A stretch of DNA of 64,000 nucleotides from Lytechinus pictus (taxonomy: Eukaryota). The stretch spans positions 47,244,001 to 47,308,000 of the forward strand of contig NC_087251.1 in the NCBI RefSeq assembly GCF_037042905.1, written 5' to 3'. Shown here piece by piece: positions 11,476-26,155 of the stretch (position 1 is its first letter; each line of letters begins with the position of its first letter). Under the pieces are notes generated by a model. The model ran no database searches, was not told the origin of the DNA, and saw only the letters and a list, made by a program, of their open reading frames with translations. The translations under genes were made by a program, and so were the position numbers.

Positions 11476-14151
11476 TTAATTAGGACATTCAAACATGGCG
11501 GTCATCTCTCTACCTTCCTATCATTCTCTCTCTCTCTCCCTGTCACTCTTTCTCCCCCATCTCTCTCTTTTTCTTGGCACAACTCTTTTCTTCCCCCTTC
11601 CTAAAGGTTGGTGCCGGGGGATGATCCATATAAATTATTCATATAAATCGCAGAAGAAGGGGATGCTTGAACCGCATTAGAATTAATAATATCTCCCAGA
11701 TAGGAATATTGCCCCTCGGCTATGGACATGGGGTGTTGAACATGGATAAAAAGTTTGGCCCCTGGAACCCGGGTCGACTGACCGACTTTACGGTACATTC
11801 GTGATAAGAGGAGGATAGGGAGAGGAAGACGGGAAGTCGTGCCGCTGGGGATGCCGGGAAGGGAAAATTCCCAACTTTCGATCGGTGGTAGACGAGGGGT
11901 GCGACAGAAAAGGAGGTTGAGGTCAGCTAAATCGAGATTATGGATGGCGTTTTGCTACGTTTTGTATTGTTTTGTTTTAACTTATTTCAAGTGCAGAATC
12001 GGTCCACATTTTAACTGGAATATATACGATGTATATGATTCCTTTAAAAATATGCTTGAAAATATGTTTTAAAAATCATTTTCTTAGCTTTCTGTAATGT
12101 AATTCCTTTTTCTACTTTACTTCCCGGTTGTGAATTACAATTGTATTAATCTTTTTTTAACACTTTTATGTACCTGCGCAAAAAAAGAAGATAATATGCA
12201 GATGAATATTTGCATTGAAAACACATTAAAGACGAATAAAAATGCATATTTTGGAGTGGGTGGGGATATTCGCAATCCGACCAAAATTGTATAACGAACA
12301 AATAGGTCAACCTGCACCAACAATGTGAGCACCATCAATATGCTAATCACATCTAATAATTGTACTATCCTTAACATGATAACAAAGGAAAGTTTGAATA
12401 GACAAAATAAAAGCTAAATTAGTACCCATATCGCCACTTTGACCAAATTGTGTCACGATCTCTTAGCTGTTGTCTACTTGGTAATATACTGTGTATACTT
12501 TATTATGTCTTTACTTGACCTATCCATATTAATCATCGGTGAATATGGTTAAGGGAAAAATAAGTTTCTTTCAATTCTGAAGAAATGACACCAATACAGA
12601 GATAGAACTTTTTACAGTAAGGTAGTTAAAAAAAACTTGTAGACACGGGTATTGCTTTATCAGGTTAAGATCTTGGTTTTAACATAAAGAAAAATAGGTC
12701 ATGTAGACAGACAGCCAAGGAGACAGAAAGTGCTATTAAAATACTTGTAACCACTATTTGCAGGGTTACTTTTATTTCGTCGTAAAAACAACACAATTGA
12801 TAAAAATAAGAGTGGAGTCATTGCCGCTCACGAATTTTACAGACTGCTGACGCATTTGCTTTATGAAAATTAAATGAGTCAATGTAGACATGTAAAATCT
12901 TCAGTGAGGCACGAATATATTGTTAAAAAAAACAAAAACCGAAATTTATGTTACATGACCTTTCCCAATTAGGTGTCTCCTTTAAGATAAACCATCTGAC
13001 ACACTTTTGTTACGTCTTTATTGCAACACTGAAATTAACATAGGCTTATTGAGCAGTTCCCTTGCAGGTTCAGACCAATTATAGAGAGTAACTTTGCAGT
13101 GTTTCGAGGCGTAATTGTTGCGATAATACTCCTCAGTCGAAGTGAGTGTACCTAATAGTCATTGATCTTTATCATCAGCCGAGTACGTTGTCTGCTTTCT
13201 TGTCCTTCCGGGAATCAGAAAACTAACCAGCAAGGAAGAGGTTCCAGACTATAAAAAACACTAATAACACCCACATACAAGACATGAAACCATTACAAGT
13301 GAAATGGGGTGTTCCAGTTTTTAGAAAGTAGGTCAGGGCATGGTGTAAAGTGCATCATTCTTCTAGCCCGCACGACAGAACATTGTTGGTATATGGCGTA
13401 AATCCCCCGGGAAAGGAATTAAAAAAAAGTTTCTTTTACGCTGACTGATAATTTCTTCTCAACCAACGGATTGAAAGCCGTGTTTAGGCTCACAACAAAG
13501 GGTCGCACTCATTATGTGTGGCATCACTCCAAGCTCATACAGTCACATCGACCAAGTCTGCTCCAGTCCGATCGAAACGATTACGTTATTATTCAATGAC
13601 GTATACCATCAATCGATTTGGACTCGCTTTCGCTTGTGTGACTGTAGTTTAGTTATATCTTGATAAACTCACACGAAGGCAGATAATTAAGTTTTAAAGT
13701 CACCGTGAAATTAGATTCCACTACATGTGCTGGGGATGGCAACGTATTAAAGAAAACAAACAAATATTTCCCGCCAATGTTGTTAAGTGTGTCATTCACC
13801 AAATCCACGGCCATGACAGGCATTTCTTTCAATACATAAATTTTTTGAGTAATGGTTAGGCCGAGTTAAATCACTATAGATTGAAACAAGTTGAACACTA
13901 TTTTATGTCTTTCTTGGATGCATTTCCATTTAAATACATTGAAAGTTTCAGTTGGTAAAACAATTATTTCATTATATCACGAGTAGATTTTGTATTTTTA
14001 TCACCCACTTGTAATTCATAATTTGTTAGTTTGTTCGTATTTAGTTCGATTTATAAAGATTTTAAATAGCTACGTTTACTTCATTAAAAGGTTGAAGAGA
14101 AGTTATCATGATAATGCATGTGCTCATAAGAACAATTTATAAATCTGTTAA

Positions 14152-16925
14152 GGACGTTCCACAGTTAAAATGAAGTCCATGTCATTTTCACCTAATTTTG
14201 CAGAGAGTTACTTTGGTATCTATGCATTGTAAAATTGCAAAAAAATAATATAGGTTCATATGCTTATTTTTTTTCTACGGGACTTCAAAGTCGCCGTATT
14301 TGAATGATATGAAATGTTGCGCAATCAAGAGAATTATGCCTCTCTTAGACCTCACGAATTCACCAATTGAGTTTAAATCATCTTTACTCTGTCAATATCG
14401 CAGCAAACTTCATCAAACTTTCAGAATATGTAACCAAGTGGATATTAAAGTAGGAGAATATCTTTTAATTGGCAAAACTATATCTATTTGGAGTCAGCAG
14501 CGCCCTCATTTGACAAGAATGGTACATAAACTTCCAAAAAACAAATCTTCAGAAGACGTGAATTTACTTGAAAATCAAGAAAGTATATTTAAGCTGCATG
14601 TCATTTTCATCAAATTCGGCAAAATTGTATGGGAATGCATTTCAAAGGTGTAGGGAAGTTAAAAATATGGGGTCCATTGGCTCGTTTTTAAACTATCAGT
14701 GTCCAAAGTTTTGCGAGTTGGCTTGAAAATCGCCTAAAATGCGCTGAAAACATGCATGCAAAAGTCTGATAATACCGTGTAAAATGCGAATGGCTCCGTA
14801 GTTCTGCTCCCAAACGCTCAAAATCCATTTCATTTTCATCTTACTCTCTAGATTTGTAGAGGAATTTATTCCGAAGACGTTAAAATATTGAAAATGTGGG
14901 GTCCATGTGCTCGTTTTTAAAATATCACTGTCTTAAGTATTGCGAGTTGGCTTGAAACAGCACAAAATGCGCCGAAAACGTGCTAAAGTCTGATAAAAAC
15001 GTACCGTCCAAAATGTCTAAAATACAAATGGTTCCGTAGTTCTACTCCCAAACATTCAAAATCCATGTCATTTTCATCATTATCTCCAGATTAGTAATGA
15101 AATATATTCTGAAGGCGTTAAAGTATTAAAAATATGAGGTCCATGTGCTCTTTTTCAAATTATTAGTGTCTGAAGTGTTGCTAGTTGGCCTGAAACAGCC
15201 CAAAATGCGCCGAAAACGTGCAACGAAAGTTTAATACCGTCTAACTAAAATGCGAATGGTTCCGTAGTTCCGCTCTCAAACATTCAAAATCGATGTCATT
15301 TTTACTCACACTATCCAGATGTGTAGAGGAATATATTCTAAAGACGTTATTACATTAAAAATAAGGGGCTCATGTGCTCGTTTTAAAATTATCAGTGTCC
15401 AAAATATAGCGAGTTGGCTTGAAACAGTCTAAAATGCGCCTAAAACAGGCAAGGGTTTAATACCGTCCAATAATGTCTAAAATACGAATGGTTCCGTAGT
15501 TCTGCCCCCAAACACTCAAAATCCATGTCATTTTCATCGTAAACTCTAGATTTGTAGAGGAATATATTCTGAAGAGATTAAAATATGGAAAATATGGGGT
15601 TCATGTGCTCGTTTTTTTATTATCAGTGTCCAAAGTGTTGCGAGTTGGCTTGAAGCAGTCTAAAATGCGCCTAAAACCGGCAAAAATCTAATACCGTCCA
15701 AAATGTCTAATACGAATGGTTCCGTAGCTCTAACTGCTCCCAAACATTCAAAATCCATGTCATTTTCATCATACTCTCTACATTACTAAAGGAATATATG
15801 TTGAAGGCGTTAAATTACATGTACTACAAATATGAGGTCCATGTGCTCGTTTTTAAATTATCACTGTCCAAAGTATTGCGAGTTGGCTTGAAACAGCCCC
15901 AAATGCGCCGAAAACATAAGCAAGCAAAAGTTTGATAATACCGTCTAAAATGCGAATGGTTCTGTGGTCTTGCTCTCAAACATTGAAAATCCATGTCATT
16001 TTCATCATACTTTGCAGATAGATACTTTAGCACCTGAATATTCCAAATATGCAAAAATTAACATGGGTCCATGTGCTTGATTTTTTGCTATATAGCTTTA
16101 AAGTTCACCCAAATGGATGTTCTTTATAAGAATTGCGCATTCAAAAGACTTAAGCATTTTTAGACCTCACGAGATCACAACAAAGAGTTTATTACTCAGT
16201 CAAAATCCATGAAAATTTCATCAAATTTCGCATTATAATTAATAATTGTATCCTCATGATGGATAATTTATTTACTTTAATATTTATTTGATCTTTTAAG
16301 TCTAACAGCATTCTCAATTCTCAGAGATTGGGCGAAAGAAAAAAAAACTCAACCTCAAACATTGTGAAATTTCAATAATAAACTTGAGAAGTATAAGAAA
16401 TGCTGCACTTTATTCAAAATCCATGTCATTTTCACCAAACTTTACAAAGTTGTGGAAGAAGGTATACCTTAGAGGTGCAAACATTAAAAAACATGGGTTC
16501 ATGTGCTTGTTTTCAAACTATCAGCAGTTTTATTAGAGCAAATGTGCTTTCTAAACCCCCTAATACGCGCCGAAAAGCTTTGTATTGTGAGGAAAAATTC
16601 CAAAGCACTCTACATTTTATTCAATTTCGGGGTCATATTCGTCATACTTTGAAGCACTACTACAGAGTAAAGTATTTTGAAATTGTAGAGGAATTTTAAA
16701 AAATGGTCCATGGAATAGGTCCAGTTTATTAGCTTCATACAATAACACATCGGATCTGAAATTAGTGCAGATAATTAAGGAGAACAATCAGCTCATACCT
16801 ACAGCTGATCAATCACCTGTTCATCCCACGGAAATATTTCCGTGGTTCATCCATTGTGACGTCAGCGCGCAGAGTGTAAAATATGCGCAGATCATGATGC
16901 GCACAAACATAACTGTGGAACGTCC
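14152..16925. mobile_element. 2.8-kb non-autonomous TTAA-targeting (Kolobok-like) DNA transposon filled with ~230-bp tandem repeats
   Basis: TTAA|GGACGTTCCACAGTTA ... TAACTGTGGAACGTCC|TTAA (16-bp perfect TIR, TTAA on both sides); no long ORF inside. Confidence 0.9.
14595..16080. repeat. Tandem array of ~230-240-bp monomers (about 6 well-conserved copies)
   Basis: Motif AATCCATGTCATTTTCATC recurs at ~14820, 15060, 15288, 15520, 15751 and 15988; GCGAGTTGGCTTGAAACAG and AATGGTTCCGTAGTTC recur with the same period. Confidence 0.9.
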
Positions 16926-17085
16926 TTAAGGGGGAGGTTCCACTGGCGTTGTCTAAAAATAAGAACTACCAAGGTGCAAGCCACCAATCATCGATCATGT
17001 AGGCATTCTATATGAATATTACAATTCATAGCTATAGCTATTCAAATAAAAAATCGCAATGGATTGTTATAATCACAAACTCTTA

Positions 17086-17500
17086 AGGCGACCGCACACC
17101 TTACGATTGGTCTGCGACCCGATTTCAGAATAAAATGTAATAGAATTTGATGGTAATATTGAGACTTGGAATATCTTACTGTGTAATGTTCTAAATCATC
17201 GTACGAATACCTATGTTCAAATTTGTGACTATGCTATCATCCTTCTTAGAATAAAAGCAAATTTAATATCTAGTCGTAATGACGTTATAGCAGTCTTACG
17301 ATTGGCTACGATTTGAAACTAATTTGGCCTTTACTCCAAAATAAAGGCTTGCAATCTTTCAAAATGGTTATATTAGTATTCTTTCAATTAACATTAACCT
17401 CAAATAAAATGATATGTTCCATTCACAATTTCAGCAAATGAGCAAAGAGCGACTTGTTCCAAAATCGGATCGTGAACAGTCGTAAGGTGTGCGGTGGCCT
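17086..17500. mobile_element. PIF/Harbinger-like MITE (TTA TSD)
   Basis: TTA|AGGCGACCGCACACCTTACGA ... TCGTAAGGTGTGCGGTGGCCT|TTA; 21-bp TIR with one mismatch; 3-bp TWA duplication. Confidence 0.8.
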
Positions 17501-20500
17501 TTAAAGATCACAGTGGTAAAATTTGAAATTATATTTTAGGGGGAAATATGTTTGAGAATCGGAATTTGTGAGATTATGGATATTGATAGTAGAAAGAAAG
17601 GGGCATTGCCAATACGTTACTGAAACCAACTAAATACAGTGTAGACAAGTCGATGGTATGAGAGATGTGAACGCACCGATACACTGAGGCTGCAGGCGCT
17701 GCGATACCCGGCCTGAGTGTGACGATGATCCCGCTGATCATGCTGATGGCAAGCTAAGAAAAAAAAACTGTGTCAGTTAATAAACTTCCACTCCTGGGAA
17801 AGACATTAATCGGTCGGCTAGCTTGTCTTACCAACCCTCAAAGTGGTTAAGAAGAAAAGAAAATAATGTTCGTGAACATGGGAACATGAAGTAATTTGGA
17901 TGCAAAGGGAACTCCTTTACCGTTTACTTGAATTATGTAAGCATCTGCGTCCGGGGATTTCTGTGGTTGTTGTTAGAGTTGGTTTAGGTTTTTAGGTTAG
18001 CTTGGGTGTGAGGCAATTTGTCATCGTGTGCTTTCTTTGAAATTCATACTCATTCTTAATCATGCAAGTGAGTGAGAGAATAAGGAGAGAGAGAGGGAGA
18101 GTGGATGGGTGGGTGGGAGTCAAAGTATCTACCTACTTTTGTGTTTCAAAGTAGGGTTTAAGCTAACATTTGTACATTACGAGGGTAATTCATGAAATTA
18201 AAAGTACTTCTTATCTCTCTTTGTCACAAATATAATGAGAGTAGCTTTACCTGTAAATATTCTCAACCTATAACACACATCACTTAGTTGTTGGCTTGTA
18301 GACACAATGATTTGATCTGTTTATATTTAGCGTAATAAGAACTCTTCTCGATATTTTAATAGCATTACCTTCCATTTAATTCCAAATTCAAATAAAAATA
18401 TAAAGGTCACATATTACACATCATAGGTTATTGATACACCAGTCATGCCAGTATTTATCCCAAATAGACAAAGTAAATAGACTAGAGTACATTTTGTCTC
18501 AATGACTGGAGGATTAAAATTGCATTTCTGATTCAATAATAATTTACTTAAAAAAAGAAAATCTATTTCATGAACTTCATTTTCTTCCGAGTGTCGGATC
18601 AACACTTCTAAGACAACTTTTATCAAGTAGAATGGAAAACATGTTAGGCCGCCAGTGTTCTTAGACGAATAAAAACGTGCTCCAACTCGTTTTGCCATCT
18701 TTGCCATGTGAACGTTCCATGAGTCTGACACTGTAACCTAGTTTTTACCCCCCAAAATGTTGATAAAAATAACGATAAGGGGATTCTAACTTTTCATGGA
18801 GGAAAGCATCATGTTCCGGCCAACAGTCTCGCGTCCATATTTTCTCCGCTAGCGAATGTTATTATAAAAAAAAAGAAGTATAGAAATGTCTACAAATAAT
18901 GTCTCAAACTCCACTGCCAGACGCCATGAATACCGGCAGCACATTGTTACTCAAAAGCTCAATGACGGTTTCAATTAACATTCCGTGTCGTGGTTCTCGA
19001 ATAGAAGCCCGATGTCGGGCACATGTGTCAAAACATGTTTACTACAATATCATTTCTTCTCAATGGGAACACGGGTATCAGAGCGAAGTGGTGGCTGGAG
19101 GAGGTCGTTCTAATTTCATTTCTTGGGTTATCGGTGGTTGTCGACCTTTCGGCTGTAAGACGATCACGGTGATGTCGCGACGGGAGGGTGGTCGACCCGC
19201 GAAGGGCCTGTCTCGGTTACCGCCACGTGCGTCGATGCCGCGAAGGATGGCGTCACAATTTTAATGGTGATGCAGAAATGAAAATCAAAATGTGGGAGGG
19301 ACTCTGACCTTATGAACTAGATTGGTAGACAGCCAAAATCCGGGAGGATAAGCAGCCATGTGGCAACGAGCATGGAAACTTTTGCGACGAAAAGTTCGAA
19401 CAAGAAAAGTTTTACGAGCGGAACGGAAAGATTGGGAATTGGGATTGATCAGTCGTCACACGATGATGCTCAAGACTCCGACAGAGAGACAAAAAAGAAT
19501 GAAGAGAGAGAGGGGGAGACAGAGGGAGACAGAGGCATAAAGGGGAAGAGTAAGAGAGGGAGAAAAGAAGGCGAGAAAGTGAATACTGAGATATACAGTA
19601 AAAGCTGAAAGAAATATTTTTAAAGCCTTTATGGTATGATAAAAGATTACAAAGGATTAACGCATTTCGGATTGCTAACAAATAAATAATTATCAACTTG
19701 AAAATTGATTTAGTTAATTTGTTTATATTTCAATACATGTATAAAACTAGTTTCATGATGAAGAATTACTTCATATCTACTTCTGATAAGCTTCCAGAAT
19801 GAATATAGAAGACAGAACTGTTCTTTTTTTTGTCCAATCTATAGATGAATTGTTCATTTCATTTACTTGTAAAATAATATCACGATACACTGTTTATGGT
19901 AAAAGAAAATATGTTTCCATGTTATTTAATTATTTATATCCAACATCATATTCGGACTATTGTGGTTATGAGAATCAGAATTCAATCCAAATTCAAGATG
20001 TGTATCATCTTTTTAAAAACGCAGAAAATCATCCTCTTAGGTCATCGGAAAATTATCAGGCATCATAGTTATAAGAACTAAACATTAATAAAATCACAAT
20101 AAGTATATTAATAGATCTTCCCTAGTAGGATGAGAATGTGATCTTATGCTTGTTTGTCTAGTTTTGGGATCTATATACTGTTTGGTAGGCTACTGATTTA
20201 TATCTAAATAATGTAAGTTACTGTCATGAAAGTACGATATTCATGATTTGCAAATTATGTATTAGGTCTGGTTCATTCATTTATTTAAACTTCATTGCAA
20301 TATACCGACTATCATATTTTGTATAAACTGAGTAAGAATAAGAGAAAAGATCAAACACCTAGAGAAGTATGTCTATGGATGAAAGAGAGAGTGCGTGAGG
20401 GTGTCTTTGGAGGTTTATGTTAGGGTGTTGTGTTTGTGCGTGATTAGGGAGAGGGATACTCCGGGTGTGTATGGGTATATGGGAGGGTGTGGTGGGTGAG

Positions 20501-23500
20501 TGTGTGTATGGGTGTGCGTATGGATGTAAGAAGGATCGGGGGAAGGGGGTGAGGAAGATGGGAAAGGAGAGGAAGCTCGCGCTTGTGTGTTTCTAAATCA
20601 CCCCTAGAACAAAAAATTCACTACCTTCGAACCCAGTATCTTAGCCACTGGCACCATGGCACGGATCCGCTTATACAAACGTGTGTGTATAAGCCTACAG
20701 TTATGATATTAGTGTGCACCCGAACTGGAAATATGAATTTAAACGTCGGCTCTAGAGTGGTGATTTGATAATGACCATTCACCCCACTACAAAAAGTGAT
20801 AAGCTTTGATTACTCATCGTTTTGTGTCTCCAAGCGTCCAATTATCTTACTGATTCCCTTGCCAAAAAAGTATCTTTCAATATGATATCTCAAGGCTTTC
20901 GATGTGATTGTTTTTGTAAGCGTTATTAATAGAGTGAATATTGCTTTTCCCCAGCGAATTACTGTTCATACAATACTTGCAACAAACTGGCTTTTTTAAT
21001 CAACACGAAGGACGTTGAGAGTCGTAAAAGGTTAAGGACATTATCAAAATACAACGGCGTAAACAATGATCAACCGTTATGATGCTCCATTCATTGCATT
21101 GTTGTTTTTGTTTGATTTCATTACTTCGTTTTATCTGTTTTGTTCGTAGTTTTGTTTTGGTTTTGTTTTGTTTGTTCGTATTTTTTTTTCTGGGGAGGGG
21201 GGGGGGTACTCGATACGATAAGAAAGTAGAATGGATGTCTGGTATAAAAAAAAAACAGTTAAACGATATAATACATCGTTTAGATGAATCGGCAAGACGG
21301 TTCTCGTACCATATATCCGGACTTTATAAGACACTTTATTGATATCTTCATAAACTGCTTATCCATGACTCATTAAAAACTTCATTAGTAGGTCTATCCG
21401 TGACTTCCATCGGTATATCCGGTTACCATCTCCATCAATAATTCACGAGAGCTGTTGCTTCCCTTCTATCTAGCAATGCCCGTTGGTGATAGATGAATTT
21501 TTAATCCATAATGAAACGACGCGTATGTCTTGAGAGATTCAGCCAGGATGATGAATGGAAATGCCCTTTTACTTAAAAAAAAAATCGGCGCCAAAAAATG
21601 AACAATAATTGTTTGACGTATAGGCAAAGTGTAGCAACGAGAAAATTCCTCGCATGTGTATTTTACGATTGTTTGAAAAATGTTTAGGACATATCATGTT
21701 ATTTCATGTTCAATATGTCTTCAATTTACGTGCGATCATCAGGTTGATCACGACAAAACTTCATGGTGAGAAAATACCTTTGTAACATATTTGTTCGAAT
21801 TCCCATTTTTTTTTATATATAGATTTATCGCAGAAACGTCTAAAATCAAGGGGAAAAACTATTGACATCGTACACAATCTAATTTCTATTGAAAAAATAT
21901 CAATTTGTTCTGTTCAACACTAGTTTAAATTATTTAGTTGACACATAAAAAGGGAGAAACGAATTATTATTTATCACTGTTACTGTACTTTATGCCTAAT
22001 TAATTGCATTGTTCATACTTATACAGAAAGCTATCATCGTTTTTTTACAGTCAATATGCTCTTAACCTACAACTTTAAAATGAATTTTCTTTTTTTTTTG
22101 TCCCATTGTCTTGGATGGGTCTGTGTTGGGAGTCATGGCAATGATCCGGGCCTCTGTCTATTACTTAATGCTGCGGTTACCAAAACCATTCGATCGACAT
22201 GAATTTGTTTCGATGATGCGACTACTGGAGTGCTATCTATTTTCTTTCTCCACTCAATGGCAAAGTCATCTCAGCAACATAGCCCTCCTGTCATCATGGT
22301 CATCTTGCCATGAGATCATAACATTACATCCAGAGTCACGTGATCATGGTTCTTCTGCTGACCATTCTTATGATTATACAATTTTAGAACAGTGGGCTTG
22401 CTATATAGGGACCAGGGTTCGAATCCAATTCGTACAGGCCCTTTGACTGAACTGTTTGCTTTCTTAAAAAAACTTTAATGCTTTCTTAGTAAGCAAACAA
22501 AACAATATCCATTGTACCATGTGCATGATGTGAGAAAGTCGACTGCATGGCACATCAAAATTGATACTCCTGTCATGCGTAAGAGATGCCTCGCTTGCTG
22601 ATTATGTGGAGGCGTTGGGTAATTTGTAAATTTTGCTTCGCTGATTAATACGTAGTCTTCTACAAAAAGGCACGTACACTATGTATAAAGGAAATGACAT
22701 CAAGTATGTACGCAAGTAGAAAATGATATCAATGATACTGACTTGATGCAGATTTATCCTTTTTAAAGTCATTACAATGACAGAGTATAAGCTGACGCAT
22801 TTTCCAAGTTATGGGATTGTTTTAGACAACATACTTCTTTTAAGTCTGGTTCGAATATGTTTTCATATCAAGTACTGCCAGATTTTTTAAGCTAGTAATT
22901 GACATATTTTGTCATGATTATATTGAAGTTCATTGAAAGAAAGTGTTATAAATTATCACATGTGGTTTTAATCCGTACAGTGTCTAAACCTGAAGACGCA
23001 TGAGAAGTGTTGTCCGAGATAATCTGAATCAAGTCATTCAAGTGACGTACTTTACATGTTCGTCTTGCGAAAGGGCGCCAAAAACAACAAGGGAAGAAAG
23101 AAAGTGCATGCATGCTCCGAGAGATTCATGTTGCTTATTGAAAGGAACAGCCAAAACAAACCATGCAGAGAAGTACCTTAATTTTGTCTTCCAATGCAAG
23201 ACAGAGCAAGCTAGAGATGATCGTTAAATCAACCCGAATCCCATCAACATGGGAACTCAAGGGCCTCGTAACACAAAACTTTGCAATTGACCATGTTGCT
23301 GTTTTGTACGATTGATTGCATTGCGTATTATATATGGAAAATCGTAAAAATCAGACCCATAATCAACCACTAGGTTTTGTGTTAAGGGGCCCAGAACTTG
23401 GCTAAGAAGAACGTTACAAGAGTAAGAGCACTTTTCGACTTCCTCTGACCTTACATGAGCGTTCGGAAAGACAGAGAATGTAACCCCCAAATGTAACCTA

Positions 23501-24328
23501 CTTCTGATATGTATTTGTTGTTTGAACTGATAATTTGTAGGAGCTCAAGTTCAGTGCGCTTGTCAAATGGAGTAATCCATGCAGTTTATTAATTTTACCG
23601 GAACGAATGGTGGATCGAGGGATTTTGCCGTGGAAGGGCCCATGTTCGTACGTACTATCTCCTAACTAATTTGGCGGGAACATGGACACACTAAAACATA
23701 GCGCGGATGTTAGGACGCCATTTTAGGAGGGAAATGGGTGATAAGGCACCCTTTATTACCACCCTGAATTTGGCACTGGATGGGAACACTCGTCACCGTG
23801 GAAAATCATATCTAAATAAGCTTTACCAAATCCTTCCTCAAAATCCCACCACTTACAAAGGGATTTAGTGACATTTTGTGTGTGACGATCATTATTTTGA
23901 CGATTGTTTGGACTATTTAATTACGTGATCGGTTGCGGTGGAGAGGATTCGGTACTGGGAGGTTTCATCGTGAAGATATTTGATGTAATTCGATCACTCG
24001 ATCATTGTCGAGCTTTAGGCGTCTGTACTAATAAACATCCGACAACCGACCTTTCCTTAACTTAAAAATAGGGTTGATTTGGTCCAAAATAGAGGAGAGA
24101 AACAGCATTTCCCAAGAGTGTGGTGAAATTATCACAAAGATATGAAAATCATATTGAAACAAGAGCTTGGAATTGTCGAATCCATTCTTATTACCCTAAA
24201 TCCAGAATAGTTGGGACATTTAGCCTGCCAATAACCACAAGCGTAAACAGGTCCATCTACGCATGCTCGAGAGAAATAGAGTACCAAAATAAAAAGCAAC
24301 ATAATATTACTGGAGTGAAGTGTAAAGT

Positions 24329-24359
<31 letters not shown>

Positions 24360-24409
24360 GGGGGGGAGGGGAGACACAGACCAACATAATGCAACTTTAC
24401 GCTTTTTAA

Positions 24410-24979
24410 AGGGATGGTCCAGGCTGAAGATATTTATATCTCAATAAATAGATGAAAATTCACGGAGCAAAATGCTGAAAATTTGATCAAAATAAGATAA
24501 CAAATAACAAATCATCAGATTTGCATTGTCTGATGAATATTCATTAGCTGGGCTGATGATGTCTTATCCCCAATTGTTCTTTCGTATTTTATTATATGAA
24601 ATTAGGTTTATTCAAACATTTTCTACCAAGAACTACAACGATTGGATTGACAAATGATTAAGTGCATTAGTTATTTATTGCCGCAACTTATTTCACCATA
24701 ATGGAGACATATCATTTACACATGTATGAAAAAATGAATCAATTATGATTTCATGTAATAACATAAGAAAAAGGAAAGTGGGGATATGAGATCATCAGCC
24801 CACCTAATGAATATTCATGATAATGTTCATATAACTGTTTCCACAAAATAATGATAAACTTTAAAATCCAATCACTTCATTATTTGTTGTCCAATTTTGA
24901 TGAAATTTTCAGCATTTTGCTCGGTGAATTTTACTCTAATTATTTAGATATACATATATTTTCAGCGCAGACCATCCCT
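24410..24979. mobile_element. Kolobok/T2-type MITE (TTAA TSD), family B
   Basis: TTAA|AGGGATGGTC ... GACCATCCCT|TTAA; internal inverted repeats (AAAATGCTGAAAATTT / AAATTTTCAGCATTTT; GGGCTGATGAT / ATCATCAGCCC). Confidence 0.88.
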
Positions 24980-26155
24980 TTAAAGGCCGGCCTCCGTGAC
25001 CCTGACTCCTAATGGTGCTACAATGCGTGATTGAGCAGTCTTTTCAAAAAAGAGAATTCATCAAAATATGACATCAATTCTTAAGTTTTGTCTGAATGGA
25101 TCGATGTGAGTGAAATGCTCGATGAATCCATGTGGACTTTAGCCTAACCAATAACGTATTCATGCTGATTATGTAACTTTAAATGTGAAGGTGATAATCT
25201 CAATAATAATGCTAAATGATTTATGTAGGGTTTCGTATTCTCATTCGTTTTAAAGTCTTTACTTCTCTTTTATTCCTCGTAGCGCTGAGTCATTAAGTTC
25301 AAGGTTTACTATGTTTCATTATTTTAATACCCTGTTCTACCCAAATGTTTCTCTTGACTTTCTCAAATAGATGATAATGTGTTCCCATATAAGACATACA
25401 TGTATGATTTCTTTAGAGATCTTTGAGCTTTAAACATTACGCGATTTATGCATGAAAACTAGGGCAATATTTTTATTGATGTTCAGGGGAGGTGATATCG
25501 TTTACTAAAGATATTTTGGTGGTAAATCCAATTCATATTCGATATTCTCGCAGGATGTCAAGTGAAAGCAGAGTTAAATAATGATAATGATGTTACATTA
25601 TACAGTATAATAATAGTTTTATTTGTTATCTGGTTTTTTAATGAATCTCTAATACATTATGTGAAGTTAACAGAAAAAAAGAGATTCTCCCGTTTTGGAT
25701 ACTCACTAATCTGGTTTTGGTTTTGCGTCTGTTTGTTTGTGTTTAACAAAATATTGCAATCTGTATTGTAATTACATTATTAATGAATGTGGGTAAAATC
25801 TATGATTGCTGTGAACACGTTTTAAGTGCTTAAGTTCCGCAAATTTGACTATTTCGCGTCAAGACTAGTTTAAAACCATTTGAAAACCCTTTCCACCACC
25901 GGGAGTATCCTCACCTGTCGAGCTGGCGCACATTCCGAATCCTTTGAAGTCTACAAGACAAATTCGATCGTCTGATAGCCAATCTGCGTTTAATGAATCG
26001 CCCGATGGTTTCTGAAAGCCCGGCAGAAGCGGCATTGATCATGATAACCAAAGAAGAGACGACATAACTTTCTGATTGTGTCAGGATCATCTCGAACCTG
26101 ATGTATTTTTGTTTGGGAAATGGAAGTTCAGGAAGTTTGATAACAGGGCGCCATC

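Noticed and set aside
14595-16080. CRISPR-like array
   Set aside because: Whole ~235-bp units are homologous (no unique spacers), the context is eukaryotic, and there are no cas genes. The same applies to 34150-36110.
20625-20672. tRNA/SINE head on the minus strand (TGGTGCCAGTGG...GGTTCGA)
   Set aside because: A and B boxes are too close together and no cloverleaf or tail is discernible; at best a decayed fragment.
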